A DNA stretch of 63,803 nt, the filler included, from Reticulomyxa filosa (Eukaryota > Protista > Foraminifera), in assembly GCA_000512085.1 (NCBI GenBank). It is 12 parts of 12 records of this genome, joined end to end, with 100 filler letters (N's around TTAATTAATTAA, not from the genome) between each part and the next. Parts side by side here need not be neighbours in the genome. Positions count along the whole stretch, not along the records: positions 1 to 23,860 come from ASPP01011259.1; positions 23,961 to 26,478 come from ASPP01013626.1; 10 more parts are not named here. One strand, written 5' to 3'. This document shows, piece after piece, positions 11,852 to 24,926 of this stretch; position 1 is the first letter of the stretch, and each line of letters opens with the position of its first letter. The notes under the pieces were generated by a model. The model had not been told where the DNA came from. It did not search any database and was given only the letters and a program-made list of their open reading frames with translations. The translations under genes and the position numbers were made by a program.

Positions 11852-12289
11852 TTGGCAAAAAAATTGCATGGGCAACTTGTGGTCTTGGGTCGGTTATCCA
11901 TTTCTGAAAACCGACCAAGTGATATGTTTGCGTCACTATATGGGAAAAACTTTGCAGCTTGTAAGAACGGAGAGTTAACACCGTACGGAGGCCAAGGGAT
12001 CAATGCCACATGGATTGTGACAAAGTTATCCTTCTGGAGATGTACACTACAAAATAAACTGACTAAAAAATATTTACGGGTACATCCCTGTTCACCAGTA
12101 GTGGACGCATTGGGTACAAAAGAAGATGAAGAATTATGTACGTTTGAATTAGGTACTTGGAATGATGGAATTACATTAAAGTCAACAGCTACTAATAAAT
12201 ATTTGGAAGTCGACAATGCAGGGATATGGGGAGGACATGGGTTGGATAAATCTTGTGTTTTTAAAATCGTGTATCCTTCAAATCTTTAA
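11852..12289 (+). CDS. Small beta-trefoil, fascin/actin-crosslinking-like domain protein (first ATG 11924; start uncertain)
   Basis: Three repeats of the pattern TL(K/Q)x(3-4)(G/K/N)K(Y/N)L..(G)..(W/F)x(I/L): FASLYGKNF, TLQNKLTKKYLRV, TLKSTATNKYLEV. Confidence 0.55.
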   Translation: MAKKLHGQLVVLGRLSISENRPSDMFASLYGKNFAACKNGELTPYGGQGINATWIVTKLSFWRCTLQNKLTKKYLRVHPCSPVVDALGTKEDEELCTFELGTWNDGITLKSTATNKYLEVDNAGIWGGHGLDKSCVFKIVYPSNL

Positions 12290-13233
12290 AATACTGTGAC
12301 AAGTTTCAATGTAGTTTAGTTGCAATGTTTTTTTTACCAATAAAAAGGAGCCATCTTCGAAAAGATCTTTTATAAAAAGTAGCAAAGTTATCAAAGTGCG
12401 TTTCATTCAAATCTTAACTCTTGGACAATTTTACCCTTGTTACTCGCGTGTATTTGTTTAAATCGCAAAAACAGCTTATATTTTTTTGTAACATTTAGTC
12501 TAATCCAAACCAAGATAGAAACTATTGTGCAAAATGTTTCCAAACGCCATTGAACTCGTACCACTCATTTCAAAGGCAATTACACAGCCGGGCCAAGCTT
12601 TTTTTTTTTATTACAGATTGACTCCAAAGTCTCTTTATGATTTGTGTGAGATTTCATTCCTTTGTAGCAACATCAATTGGCAGAAAACATTTTTAGAGTA
12701 ACTTAGAAATATTAAAAGACCTGTTTACTAAATATCATAAATTGTAATTAACAATACCTTTGGCACTGTTTGTTTGTGAAAATGATCCCAGCGATTACTG
12801 TATTTGCATATTGAAAATAAGCTGGTGGTAGCTGATGATATCCCATTCTTCAAAATGTGATCTGTTTTATTATAATATTTTAAAAATGTACAGATGAAAA
12901 CATTTAAGTGAACAGAGTTATTGAAGAAATATATACGCACGAAACGTTTCATTTCGGATTTAAAGCTGGCAAAAAATAAAAACTATTGCCTTGAAGAATT
13001 ATTACAACATTTCCACAAATATGCATTAATTTTATATGTTTCAGATAACTAATAAACAAAGAACTTGTCGAATTCAGCAAATTTTTTCTAGCACTTCTCT
13101 AATGTCAAAAGTAGAAGAAATGTGCGCACAAAAAAAGAAAATTTTGCAAAAGAAAAGGAACAGCAAAAAAACGAAAAAAAAAGGGTTTTTTTGGGTGCTT
13201 TGAATTTTGTTTTAGGATCGTTAAAGTGGTACA

Positions 13234-13990
13234 ATGCCAGATCACAAAGGTTATAGAAACAAGTCGAGAGATGTCTTCTCTAAGAAAGACCGTGGGATGC
13301 CCAAACCCACCCGTTATCTCCAAGTTGACTTTACCTCCCGTTCTTCTACCAATCTGTTGAATAGTTTTTTTTTTGAAACAAGCAAACAGTTTTGATGCAA
13401 AACTTGTTGATGGATAGACTTTCAGATTAGGAGAATATGTAACGATTAAAATGGACCCTTCAATACACAAGGGTATGACCTACAGAATTTATCAAGGAAA
13501 AACCGGTGTTGTTTGGAACAGTTAAGTCGAAGAAGCTATAAAAAAGTTTGATGGAGAAGAAGAAAACACTGTGCGAAATTTCGCTCATTCACAATCTTAA
13601 AAATTACAGTAACCAAACGAGCTATCGGTGTATTACTGAAGAAGAAAGTACGCGAGAGATATCGTACCAAAAGACTCACCGTGCGTATAGAGCATGTCCG
13701 AAAAAGTGGCTGTCGGGCAGATTTCCTGGCAAGAACTCGCTACAATCACAAATACAAACTTCTCCACAAAAAGGAGCCCGAGAAATGTATGTGATTTGTT
13801 TGACTTTTTTTTATTCAAATCTCTCCCACCTTTACAATTCTTGTTGCGGCTTTTTTTTGTTTGTGCAGACCCTTTCAAACGTTTGAGACGAATTCCAAGA
13901 GGACCTGACCCAGCTTGTGTGGCAAAAGTTGCAGACACAAAATTCATTGAATTGAAAATCCCTGCACACGTTGATATTGTTACATTGTAA
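13234..13990 (+). CDS. RPL21: 60S ribosomal protein L21 (eL21), 4 exons
   Basis: Exons 13234-13323, 13418-13520, 13610-13786 and 13869-13990 give [75 protein letters not shown]. Missed by the ORF track because of introns. Confidence 0.92.
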
Positions 13991-14513
13991 AAAAAGCAAA
14001 ATGGACTGGTCCCTTCACTCAAAAATACACACAATAGTTTCTTCCAAAAAACGGCTTTTTTGTGTTTATGTGGTTGGAGGACATCGTTTTGACTAACTTC
14101 AACTTGATTTAATATTTCCAAAGGAAAAACAGTGCAATTTTTGAAACATTGAAACTTTTGAATTTTTCCCTCCACGCGAACACGCATTGTATTTTTTTTT
14201 GGCATTTTTAGTCTTATTAACTCACTTTATCAAAAATGTGATGCACATATATTGACAGAGAATTTAACAATAAAGTAAAGTCGTCTTGGAAGCAATTTGA
14301 GAACAAACTTTTTTTATAAAAAAAATATAATTCAAGAAATTATATGTAATCGAAGATTTCAATTTATAATTTGTAAATGATGCTAATAAAGCAGGAGACT
14401 TCTACGAGAACGACAGGTGTTGTAAGGAAAGACTTTGGACAGTGTTCCACCAGGCGGTGGCAAGGGTATTTAAAATAAAAAAGATCAAAGCTAAAAAAAA
14501 CAAGCCACTGACC

Positions 14514-15729
14514 ATGTCACTCTTTTTCTTTTCTTTTTTGTTCTTTATATTAAAAACATACAGTGAAGTAACCCCAGTTAGCCCGAACTGCCAATGGTAC
14601 GGAGGAGACGGGTACAACACCCCATGGGTCCCATTAAATGTATGCAAAGCTTATTTCGATACATTGCCAGATGGGACAACGTCCCACCGATCAACAATGT
14701 GGAAGTGTGAAAACAATGGCACTGCAGTATTCAATTGGAATTGGCAAACAAATGGCCTCTGTGAAGTTCTCTATTTAAAAACTCAATGCAGAAGCTAATA
14801 AAAATTAAAACAAACAACAAAAAAAAAGGGTCCACCAGATTTTACATACAATGTAAATGCGAAATATTTTAATTGTAATGGCCCAACATGTCCTTACACA
14901 GTAATTCGATTTTATGATCGTGTGTTACCAAGCCCATCACCAACAATAACAACTCCTATGCCTTCATTACAGCCTACCCGTCGTCCAACACTATCACCAT
15001 CAACACCGTGCATCAAAAACGACACTCATTATGTGGATTCATTGCACACAACATATTTATGTATCGATATGTCTGACTATTTTTACATGGTAACGTGTGA
15101 TAACTCGACAAACAAATTGATTATGATCGAGTATTATGACAATTTATGTGCTAACGAAAGTGATCGTGGCAGCATCCATGAAGGTTGTGACAATTGGGAA
15201 ATTAAATACATTGAAGTAGTGGAATGTACAACTCCTTGGAATCAATCGTTCATTATGAATACCACAAATACTCCAATGCCACCACCACAAACAACTACAA
15301 CATCCAAAACCATTACCAGTACTACCGCTGCCAAAACTTCGTCGTCATCTTCTTCGTCTACAACAGTTGTTTTTGCATACAAGTAGGACAGAGTTTGAGG
15401 AAAATAATCACAGAATTGTTGTGTGTTGACAGACAGCTGTGATAGTTGTTGTAATCGTATGTGTACTCATTATGCTGGTGTTGGTTGCTGTTGTATGGAA
15501 GCAACGGCAAAAGAAACTACAGGAAAATTTTAACAAAGTACGTGAGGAAAGTGTAAGTACCCGCCGAGTATATGAACCTTTCGCTGAAGGAGACAGTAAA
15601 CTAGCAACTAATGCATCAACTTCGGTTAATAGTGAAAATCCTAAAAAAATTGGCCAAGATAAGCCTACAGCCAAACTATTACAACGTGGTCATGATGGTG
15701 TCACTGATCCTGGTTATGGCAGCACTTAA
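14514..15729 (+). CDS. Single-pass cell-surface protein with two Cys-rich modules and Pro/Thr/Ser mucin-like linkers
   Basis: Hydrophobic N-terminus MSLFFFSFLFFIL; intron 14766-14828 (GTTCTC..AAAAAAAG) keeps frame; second intron near 15366-15432; TM VIVVVIVCVLIMLVLVAVVW followed by KQRQKK. Confidence 0.65.
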
Positions 15730-16000
15730 CCCATTGGGTTTATTTTTCATATGTTAATCTTTCAAAATTGTTCCTCAATTTTGTAAAAAGGCCTTGTATC
15801 AAAATATTTGCTTAAAAATTTTTTGAATAATTTCAGACTTTTTTCAGAAAAAATTAACTCTGCAATTTTTAAAATTTTGTATATATGCCCGAAAAATTTT
15901 TATGTTCATAAAAGTCGAATTTGTCAAGACTTTGCCTTGAATTGAAAAAAAAAACGAAATTGAGCTTTGCAGAAACAAAACAAAAACGAGACAACAAGTG

Positions 16001-17235
16001 TTAATAGAGCATCGCCAGCGTTGCCTCCTCCAACATCATCACGATTGCATTTTTGCTGAAAGCTCCGATGTCATCTGATTCCAAAGTGACAGCAGGGACT
16101 TCGTTCAAGCCAATCTTAAACCGGTTGGGCACCATTCAACCAAAAAGATTTTATTGTTGGTCTTCAACCATTGGACAGTTGCGTTGGCTTCTTTTGATTT
16201 AATGTCTCCTCAGTAGTTCAAGGAAATGGCCATGTATTTATCTTCAGCAGGGTCAAACTCGGTGAATTTCATAAACCAGTTAGCAGGTTTAAAGTAATCA
16301 TCGGTGATTTTTTGCACATCATTGGGAGCGGTACCAGTATCTGCTTTTGGGATGATTGGACTCATGCCAGTGGTCATGAAGTGTAATCGAGGGAATGGGA
16401 CCAAGTTGGTTTGAAATTCATTCAAGTCAACGTTCAATTCACCGCTAAATCGCAATGACGCAGTCATTGAAGAAATAACTTTCGAAATCAATCGGTTCAA
16501 GTTGTTTACATCAGGTTTGGCAATACGCAATTGCTTTTGGCAAATTCCGTAAATGGCCTTGTTATCCAACAACAATGATACCTCGGTGTGGTCTAATAAC
16601 CAGTGAGTAGCCAACAACGAATTGTAACGTTCAACCACACAGGCGGACAAGTTTGGCGATGGGTAAATTTCAAATCCCAATTTTGGTTTCTTTCTGTAAT
16701 CCACTGTCAATCGTTCTAAAATCAAAGCTCCCAAACCGGAACCGGTGCCACCTCCAACACTGTGTCCAATGACAAAGCCCATTACGTTGTCACAATTGTC
16801 AACTAATTTTCTCAATCGGTCATTCACTTTATCAATGATTTGTTTTCCGATTGTATAGTGTCCTCGGGCAAAGTTGTTTGCTGCATCTTCCTTACTATGA
16901 ACAAGGAATTCAGGGTGGAACATGGCTGCAAAAGGACCATTTTTCACATCAATGACGTTAGGTTCCAAATCAAACTGTCCACTTGCGAGCAAAATGCACG
17001 TTACGCGCACTCTAACAATGATCGCCAGCTATTCATACTCAACTGCCAAGTTTCTTGGAACAAATTGGCCACTTCCTGTTTCTTCAAAAGAACACTTTGA
17101 AGGAATCATCTTTGCCACATTTTCCTTTCTTTTTCCACTGTTGTCAATTCCGTGTTCAGCACAGTATTGTTCCCAAATGGCATTGCCCAATTGGATACCG
17201 GCTTGTCCGACTTCAATTGTCAGAACTTCTCTCAT
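16001..17235 (-). pseudogene. Divergent alpha-tubulin pseudogene
   Basis: MREVLTIEVGQAGIQLGNA, EDAANNFARGHYT, GGGTGSG, NVDLNEFQTNLVPFPRLHF and EWCPTGFK are present. Lesions: in-frame TGA at 16210-16212 (NY*GD, normally YRGD), compensating frameshifts near 17090-17120, VERYN and DNKAIY substitutions, and a missing C-terminal helical region after KNAIV. Confidence 0.85.
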
Positions 17236-17811
17236 TTTTTTTAATGGATAAAAAAAGAGCAAACTTTTATTTCGAAAAAACCCCCAACAGTGAGCACTTT
17301 TTCTGTTTAACTTAGCCCAAAATAATTTTTTGTCAAGTATAAAATTTATATTTTCAATTTGTATTTGCATTATCTCCTTTAATAGACACTTTTGTATTCT
17401 AAGCATAAAAAAGTTGAATCTTGTGCTTTCAAGTAAATTGGCTCTCATCTAAGTTTTACATATTTTTTTCTCCAATAACTTTGGATTGGTTATTGAAATC
17501 AATCCAAAAATTAACTGATGCGATTAAGAAAATTATGGTTTGCTCGTGAAATCAGGGAGCGATTACAATTCTTTCTCTCAAAAAAATTTATTGTATGGCA
17601 CAAAACAATTGTTTCGATTTTTTGATTTAACAGAAGTTGTGTTTGTCAAATGTGCAAAAAAACAAGAAAAAGGAAGAACAACCAAATAATCGAAAATAAA
17701 ATCAAATGGTGGCCACACGTTAATAGTTTTGGTTCCATCACATTTATCATCCCCAAGTCCTCAAATTTTGTTATTTGTAGCAAAAAACAACTTTTTGTTT
17801 TTGACCGTCAT

Positions 17812-18404
17812 TTAATTACTTTGTCTTTTTTGTTGTCTTTCTCTTTTGACAGGTTGAGGCAATTTGACTTTTGGCAGATTGGACATGTTCATTGCTTTCA
17901 ACATACGCTTAGTTTCATGATCAATTTTGATCACATCCACTTCCAAGGCGCTAACATCTGGAACGTGGTCTAATCTACGCTCTCTTTGCTCTTCTTGCAG
18001 TTTCAGTGAGATTCCTTTCACTCGTGAGGCCAACATCACACGTTTCATTAAACGCTTTGATAAAAAGAGTCAACAAAAAAAAGCAAACAAGGAGCAAGTT
18101 AGATTTTGCGATAATGCGGGAGAATTTTTTTTAACATGGCCTTTAATTTCGAGAAGAGTTTAACTGTCACATATCCTGCGATTTGGTTTCGCAAACGTTT
18201 GGATTGAATGGCAGCAACGTCATCACACACTCTTTTGTTTACTTCGAAATCAACAGCCAACTTGTCATAATATTTCTCAACGACTTGACGGGCTGCTTTC
18301 TTAACTGTCTTTGTTCTGATTTTTCCCTGTCAGTTGTTGTATAGATTCACAATTGATTTTCTGTTATTACGTCTCTAGAAGTAAAACAAAATAGAAAATA
18401 CCAT
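17812..18404 (-). CDS. RPS17: 40S ribosomal protein S17 (eS17), 3 exons
   Basis: ATG-only exon 18404-18402, exon 18326-18165 ([33 protein letters not shown]), exon 18054-17812 ([19 protein letters not shown]). Confidence 0.92.
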
Positions 18405-18699
18405 TGTTTTTCAGATTTAATGGCCTGAAAACGTCTTGGTTGGAATACTGAACGAGAGATCCTGATTTTCTGACTAGATTGTACCCCAACAAAATCCTAG
18501 TTTTTACACAAGCAGACAACACGTCAACATCTTTTCCAGTTTGCTATGTTATTCTAAAATTCGAGATGGGAAATGCCTTTGTTACTGTCCACACGTTTTT
18601 TCTTTCAATCAACTTTTCGAAATTTGGATTCTATCATATTGTCCACAGCATAAAAAGAGGATAATTACAAAACAAGTTTAAAGTGGAGTTTAAAGTGGA

Positions 18700-20836
18700 A
18701 AAAGGAATTGTAAACATCATTGTCTTTTCCAATCGAAGGAAAAAAGTCTGAAATTATGGTAGAAGGAATTTTTGGATTGAGCAGTCGGTGCAAAAAAAGA
18801 AAGAGGAACAATGTAATTGAGAAGAAAATAGAGTAAGTACTTTTCTTGAAAGAAAGTTCAGATTTTTGCACTAATTTGAATGGAAATGTTTTTAAACATT
18901 GCAAAAGCAAAAACCTTCCCCTTTGCAGCCATAAATGAACAAACATACAAAAAAAAAAAAAAGTGACTTATTTTGACAAATGGCAATGTAAAATTAAATA
19001 AAATGAAGTATACACAATACAATTATTGTTTGTGTTGATTAGGTGGAACATATTTTCTACTTGATAAAATACGATTGAGAACAGCTTGATTTGGAGAATT
19101 TGCATTAGGACGATGTTGATTTTTATTCTTTTTGCGATTGACATCACGTATATGTTGAACAAGTGATGGTTTGACAAAATCCCATAAATAGGCTTGATGA
19201 TGAGATCGATTGGCCATGTAATGAGTTGGAATATTATCACCAAAAGTCTGTTGATGAAATAATTGACCATTATCATCAAAATGATTTTCTTGCACAACCC
19301 AATTATCATCCATTTGGCAATTGACTTTTCTATTATTTAAAGATAATCTATTCTTTTGATGATTCCAGCATTGCTCTTTTTTAAGTTGATTTAAATTAAC
19401 TTGTGTCCAAGAATTATCTATGTATGTCAATGTATATATTATATATATATATATAATATATACATTGATATAGATATGTAATTTATTTATATAATACCAT
19501 AAGGACTGACTCGATCATTTTCGCGATCACTATCCGGTGGTGTAACAGGAACACCGTCATTATCACATAATTCCCATTTTTTTTGCGTTCTTTGAACAAT
19601 GAATAAAGCTTTGCTGCGAGGAGACAATATTTTCATGATTTGTTTTGCTTCATCATCACTATCTAAACATGGTTCGTTGTCACTTATATTTTCATAATCT
19701 TCTATATTAATTCCATATTTTGCTAATATTTTTTCATGTTTTGATGTCACATCTGTATTTATATTTTCCACTGTTATTTTTGCATTTTTGAATTCTTCTT
19801 CTAATTTTAGCCATTCTTTTTCTTTTTCCTTTTTGCTTTTATATTTATTTTTGTTTTTGCGATTGGAATTGGGATTAAATATTTGAAGATCTTGATTTAT
19901 TTCAGAGGCAGGTGCCACTGGCACTCTATCTTTATCTTTATTTTTGTTTTTGTTTTTATTTTTATTTTTATTTTTATCTTTATCTTTGTGCTCATTTGTA
20001 TTCAAATAAGAGCCAGGTTTGTGATCACTTTGCAAATTATCACGATATTTTCTTTTTTCTTCATTTTCATCATCATTATCACTTATACTACTTTTTGGTC
20101 GCTTTTTTTTCTTTGATGTTTTTTTTCCTTTTGTAGAGGCACTTCTTCTTCTTCTTCTTCATAATTACTGTCATTTGATTCATTCATCAAACGTGGTATT
20201 TCCTATTGTTTATTATTATTTTTTTAATGTTATCAATAAGACGGAAGAATAAATAAATAAATAAAAAAAAAGAGTGACATTGACATACCACATAATAAGT
20301 CTTTTTTTGTGTATTTGGATGGAGTTCAGAAAACACACGACACGTCGCTTTATTTGATAAAACCTCTTTGCAATGTCTTAATATATATCCATGTAAATCA
20401 ATGAAATAATGTTGAAATACTTTAATTGGAATATCTCGTTTCGATGTTGCTGTTATATACTTAAATGTTTCTTTAATTTTATTAATTGTTTTGGTATGTT
20501 TTCTTTTTTGTTCAATCTTTTCTTTTGAATTGGCCTATTGCAATGTTATTCATTGCAATTATATTTATATTTATATTCTTTTGTTACAAATACGCCAGTC
20601 ATAGATATAACTGTATCTAATGGAACAATTTGTAAAAATCCTTGTTTATAATAATATACTTTTCCCATTGGTATGCATATCTTTTTTTCTAATGATAAGT
20701 AAATTCGATTAAAAAATCGTTCGTCTTCTGCTGGCAGAAAAGTGGAAAAGAGAATCTTTTCAAAATCCAAACAAATGACTTCTTTAGCGACGTCATCACT
20801 AAGAGTTGTAAGTATTTTTACAAATTTTTGTTCCAT
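18700..20836 (-). CDS. Multi-exon hypothetical protein with Lys/Asn low-complexity segments; 3' end uncertain
   Basis: Open frames 20836-20546, about 20535-20290, 20035-19487 and 19430-19023, separated by AT-microsatellite introns; no family recognised. Confidence 0.45.
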
Positions 20837-21177
20837 TCAAATGTGGTGTTTGTGTTTATGTATCTGTGTTTTTTTTTTCTTTTACCTTGCCTTAGAAACG
20901 GCTTTATGTATACTATGATTGCTAATAAAACTTTGTTAAACCACGTTTTACTGTCTTGAATAATTTAATGAAATTGCAAATAAATACAATTACTGGTTTT
21001 GTATGAAGTATTGAATATTAATAATGATAGGAAATGAGTTTTAGAGATAGTAAATAATTGTTTCAGAATTGTACGCAACTAACTGTATATGCACATGAAT
21101 TTCAACTGTTCTTGAACTCGTGTACAAAAGGGGTCTAAAGCTTAGAAAAAAAAAAAACACTAAACTAAATCACCGCA

Positions 21178-22504
21178 ATGCAAGTGCAAACAGAAGATTT
21201 TGAAGCAGAAGAAGAAAAAGCAGTTGTCTTAGATAATGGGACAAACTTGCTAAAAATTGGTTTTAGTGGTGAGTCTTCAGGACCACGACTTGTGCTTCCA
21301 AACATTGTTGGAAGACCAAAGGAAGCAGGAATAAGCGCTGGAATGGGACAAAAAAGTTTGTACATAGGCGATGAAGCCCAAACAAGAAGAGGGATATTAA
21401 ATCTTTCATACCCTATGGAACGTGGTATGATTACATCATGGGATGACATGGAAAATGTGTGGGTTCATGGATTATTTAGGTTAAAAAATGTATATGTATA
21501 TATATATTTTAATAAATAAACAAAATTGGTTTTTTTTTTTTTTTGTTGTTTTTTTTTCTATAAACATAAAAGTGAATTGGGTATAGAGCCTGAAAACCAT
21601 CCAATTTTATTAACAGACACAGCATTAAATCCAGAAACGAATCGTTTGAAAATGGCAGAAGTTTTGATGATTGTAGTGTATGACTGTTGGCAATGAATAT
21701 TTTTTAATAAAAAAAAAAAAAAAAAAAAAATAGATAATGTTCGAAAAATTCAATTTCCATTCTGTATACATTGCCACACAAGCAGTATTATCATTGTATG
21801 GCGGAGGTGCACATACAGGATTAGTAATAGATTCCGGCGAAGGAACTACTCATTGTGTGCCAATTTACGAAGGATATGCGATATCCCATAGCATTGAAAG
21901 ATTAGATATTGGTGGAAGAGATGTGACAGAACATTTAATGAAAACCTTAATGAAAAAACAAGCAGAAGAAGGAAAAGGTATAAAGTGTGTAACCAGTGCA
22001 GAAAGAGAAATAGTAAGAGATATAAAAGAAACATGTGGTTCTGTTAGTTTAAATCAAGACAACAATAATAATAGTAATAATAATGTTGAATATGAATTAC
22101 CTGATGGACAGACTTTATCTATTGGCGAAGAAAGATTTGAATGTACAGAGGTCATGTTTAATCCAGAATTAATGGGTATTGATAGCAAAGGTATTCATAA
22201 ATTAGTTTATGATAGCATTGAATCTTGTGATCTTCATTTAAAAAAAGAATTATATGGTAATATTGTATTATCTGGAGGAAATACTTTATTTCCAAATATG
22301 AAAGAACGCATTCAAATGGAACTTAAAAGTCTTGTTCCATTTAATCAAGACCGTATTCATGTAGAAGCGCCTAATGATAGAAAATATAGTGTATGGATTG
22401 GAGGTAGTATACTTTCTTCTTTACCTGTTTTTCGTGAACTTTGGATTGATAAAATGGAATTTTCTGAAAGTAAAGGAAATGCTATTTTACGAAAATGTTT
22501 TTAA
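21178..22504 (+). CDS. Divergent actin / actin-related protein, 3 exons
   Basis: Exons 21178-21479, 21573-21660 and 21734-22504. Motifs [62 protein letters not shown]; ends RKCF. Confidence 0.9.
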
Positions 22505-23635
22505 CTTTTGCTGACGCTTGATTTTTTTGATGTTTTGAGTTGTTAAAAATAACTTTTTTTGAGGCGATCACCCCTTTTTTTTTTTTTTGGACCAATCTTA
22601 CACTTCATGTTTTGTTTCACAAAACGCAAAATGCTCAGCTGCTTGCAAAGCAGACTTTTTTGTCTGCATTCTTTTTGTGGGCTATTATTCGTCATGTTTT
22701 CTTGTGGACAAGATGTAACGTTTTTGAACAAACTACGTAAACAGGCTTGTAGAACAAAAAAGTCGGCATTTGTGGTAAATGTGGTACCCGTTACTGATGC
22801 TTCTCTCAGCTCAAAGAAACACATTAAAAAACCTTGAAATTAGCCAAAGTAAGCCTCTCCCCTCAAAACGAATTTTTTTTAAAAGATTATTTAATAAATT
22901 GTGATTCGTATGTACTTTTTGCAGTACCGATTATTGCAACTGTCACAAGATCAGTTATTAAAAGATTAGAGATAACAAGGATTTGTAAACCCAACAAATC
23001 TTTTGTTTTTTTGGCACTCGTTTTTGAATACTGTGTTAAAAAAAGAAAAAAAAAATTAGTAAAAAAAAAAATTAACTCGTTGAACTTCTGGCCACTATTC
23101 GCACTAACTCTTATGCGCACCTGTGTTGAATCTTGGCTTGAAAAGCGGTAATATTTTTTTCTCTTACAAAATATTTTTTTGTCATTGATAAAAAATTGAC
23201 AGACATTTTAACGATTTTTTTCATCGGCAAATAAAAAATGTTTTTTCAAAAAATTGATCTATTAGATATTCATTTTTCAAATAAACAGCATTCGGCCAAA
23301 CTTTTTTGACACTTCTTAAAGTCAAATGACTTCATAAAAAAAAGAAATGCAAATAATCAAAAACTTTATGAGAAAACAAGAAATAGTAATGATAAAGGAG
23401 AAAAGGCATGCATATTTTGTTGATCGCACTCTTTTTCTTCCAAAGACGAAATTTTAGAAAAACATTGTATAAAAATGCATTGCCATTTACTTATATTGCA
23501 ACTTCAATTTTGACTTGCAGATTGGTAAGAATTCATTTCGAACATCAGAACAAAAATTGCAGATGAAGAGATTTCAATCAAAACAACATCCAGCCTTGTC
23601 AGGCATTTCAACTTAAATGGGCAAAGTAAAAAAAA

Positions 23636-23860
<225 letters not shown>

Positions 23861-23960
23861 NNNNNNNNNNNNNNNNNNNNNNNNNNNNNNNNNNNNNNNN
23901 NNNNTTAATTAATTAANNNNNNNNNNNNNNNNNNNNNNNNNNNNNNNNNNNNNNNNNNNN
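23861..23960. other. Artificial contig spacer
   Basis: N-run + TTAATTAATTAA (stops in all six frames) + N-run, 100 bp. Confidence 0.98.
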
Positions 23961-24099
23961 TTTTTTTTTTTTTTTTTTTTTTTAAATTCCCCCTGCCCCC
24001 CCTTTTTTGTAATGTAAATTATTCAAAATGCATGCAATAAAATTCATTATAATGTAGATACATCGTACCAAATAACCAATAAAAAACAACACATAACGA

Positions 24100-24549
24100 G
24101 ACAATAAATGCAGAAGAACCTTTCATGCTGTGGATTTTATTAATATGCCCATATACTGTAAATTTCTTGGCGATCAAGCGCGGCGTGACACGCTCATCCA
24201 ATGGGATTACTAATACATGCTCGCTTTGCACTTTTATTTTTGAATGTTGTGGCGTTGGTGATGTTGCTGCTGTTGTTGTTGTTGTTGTTATTGTTGTTGG
24301 TGGTGGTGATGCTTCTGTCTTGTCTTGAGGGCTTTCTTGCCTTTCAGGAGATATTGCCGATTTCTCATCTGCTTCTACTTCTTGTGCTGGTAATACAGAC
24401 AGATTTTCGGATACTTTGTGCTCGCTGGCTTGCTCCGCCACACTTTCAGGTACTGCTGTGGTCGGTGTTGCAATAACGTCAGACGGATGTGCTGTTGTTG
24501 GCTCTTGCGGCTGTTGGGGAAGTAAGATAGTGGGCTCTGCTTCGGTCAT
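24100..24549 (-). CDS. First exon of an RRM-containing protein with a Pro/Thr/Glu-rich N-terminus (3' truncated)
   Basis: HVLVIPLDERVTPRLIAKKFTVYGHINKIHSMKGSSAFI matches the RNP2-helix-RNP1 layout; an intron and the contig end follow. Confidence 0.55.
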
Positions 24550-24926
24550 CAGTTTGCTAAAATATTCTTTTTAACTCAAAGTTGTATTGGCATTAATTTA
24601 CAGATTTTCAAAAACAACTTTTTACACCGACGACAATTTTTAAACTTTGTCCAAATCAAACTTATTATATTTGCCATTGTTGATAAGTGCGATAGTCTAT
24701 TAGAAATTTCAACTATTTTATTACGACATATATATATCAAAGAAAAATATTTAATTGCTTTTCAAAAGATGAGTAATTTATTTATTCGGACATTTTTAAA
24801 TATCATTTATTTGAAATTCACACTCAAACCGATTTCACGTACATAGTCTTTCTATGAGTTTCTGATTGCTCATAAATATCTCTTTTTTAAAATGATGATT
24901 TGGTAAACTATTTGATTCTAATAATC

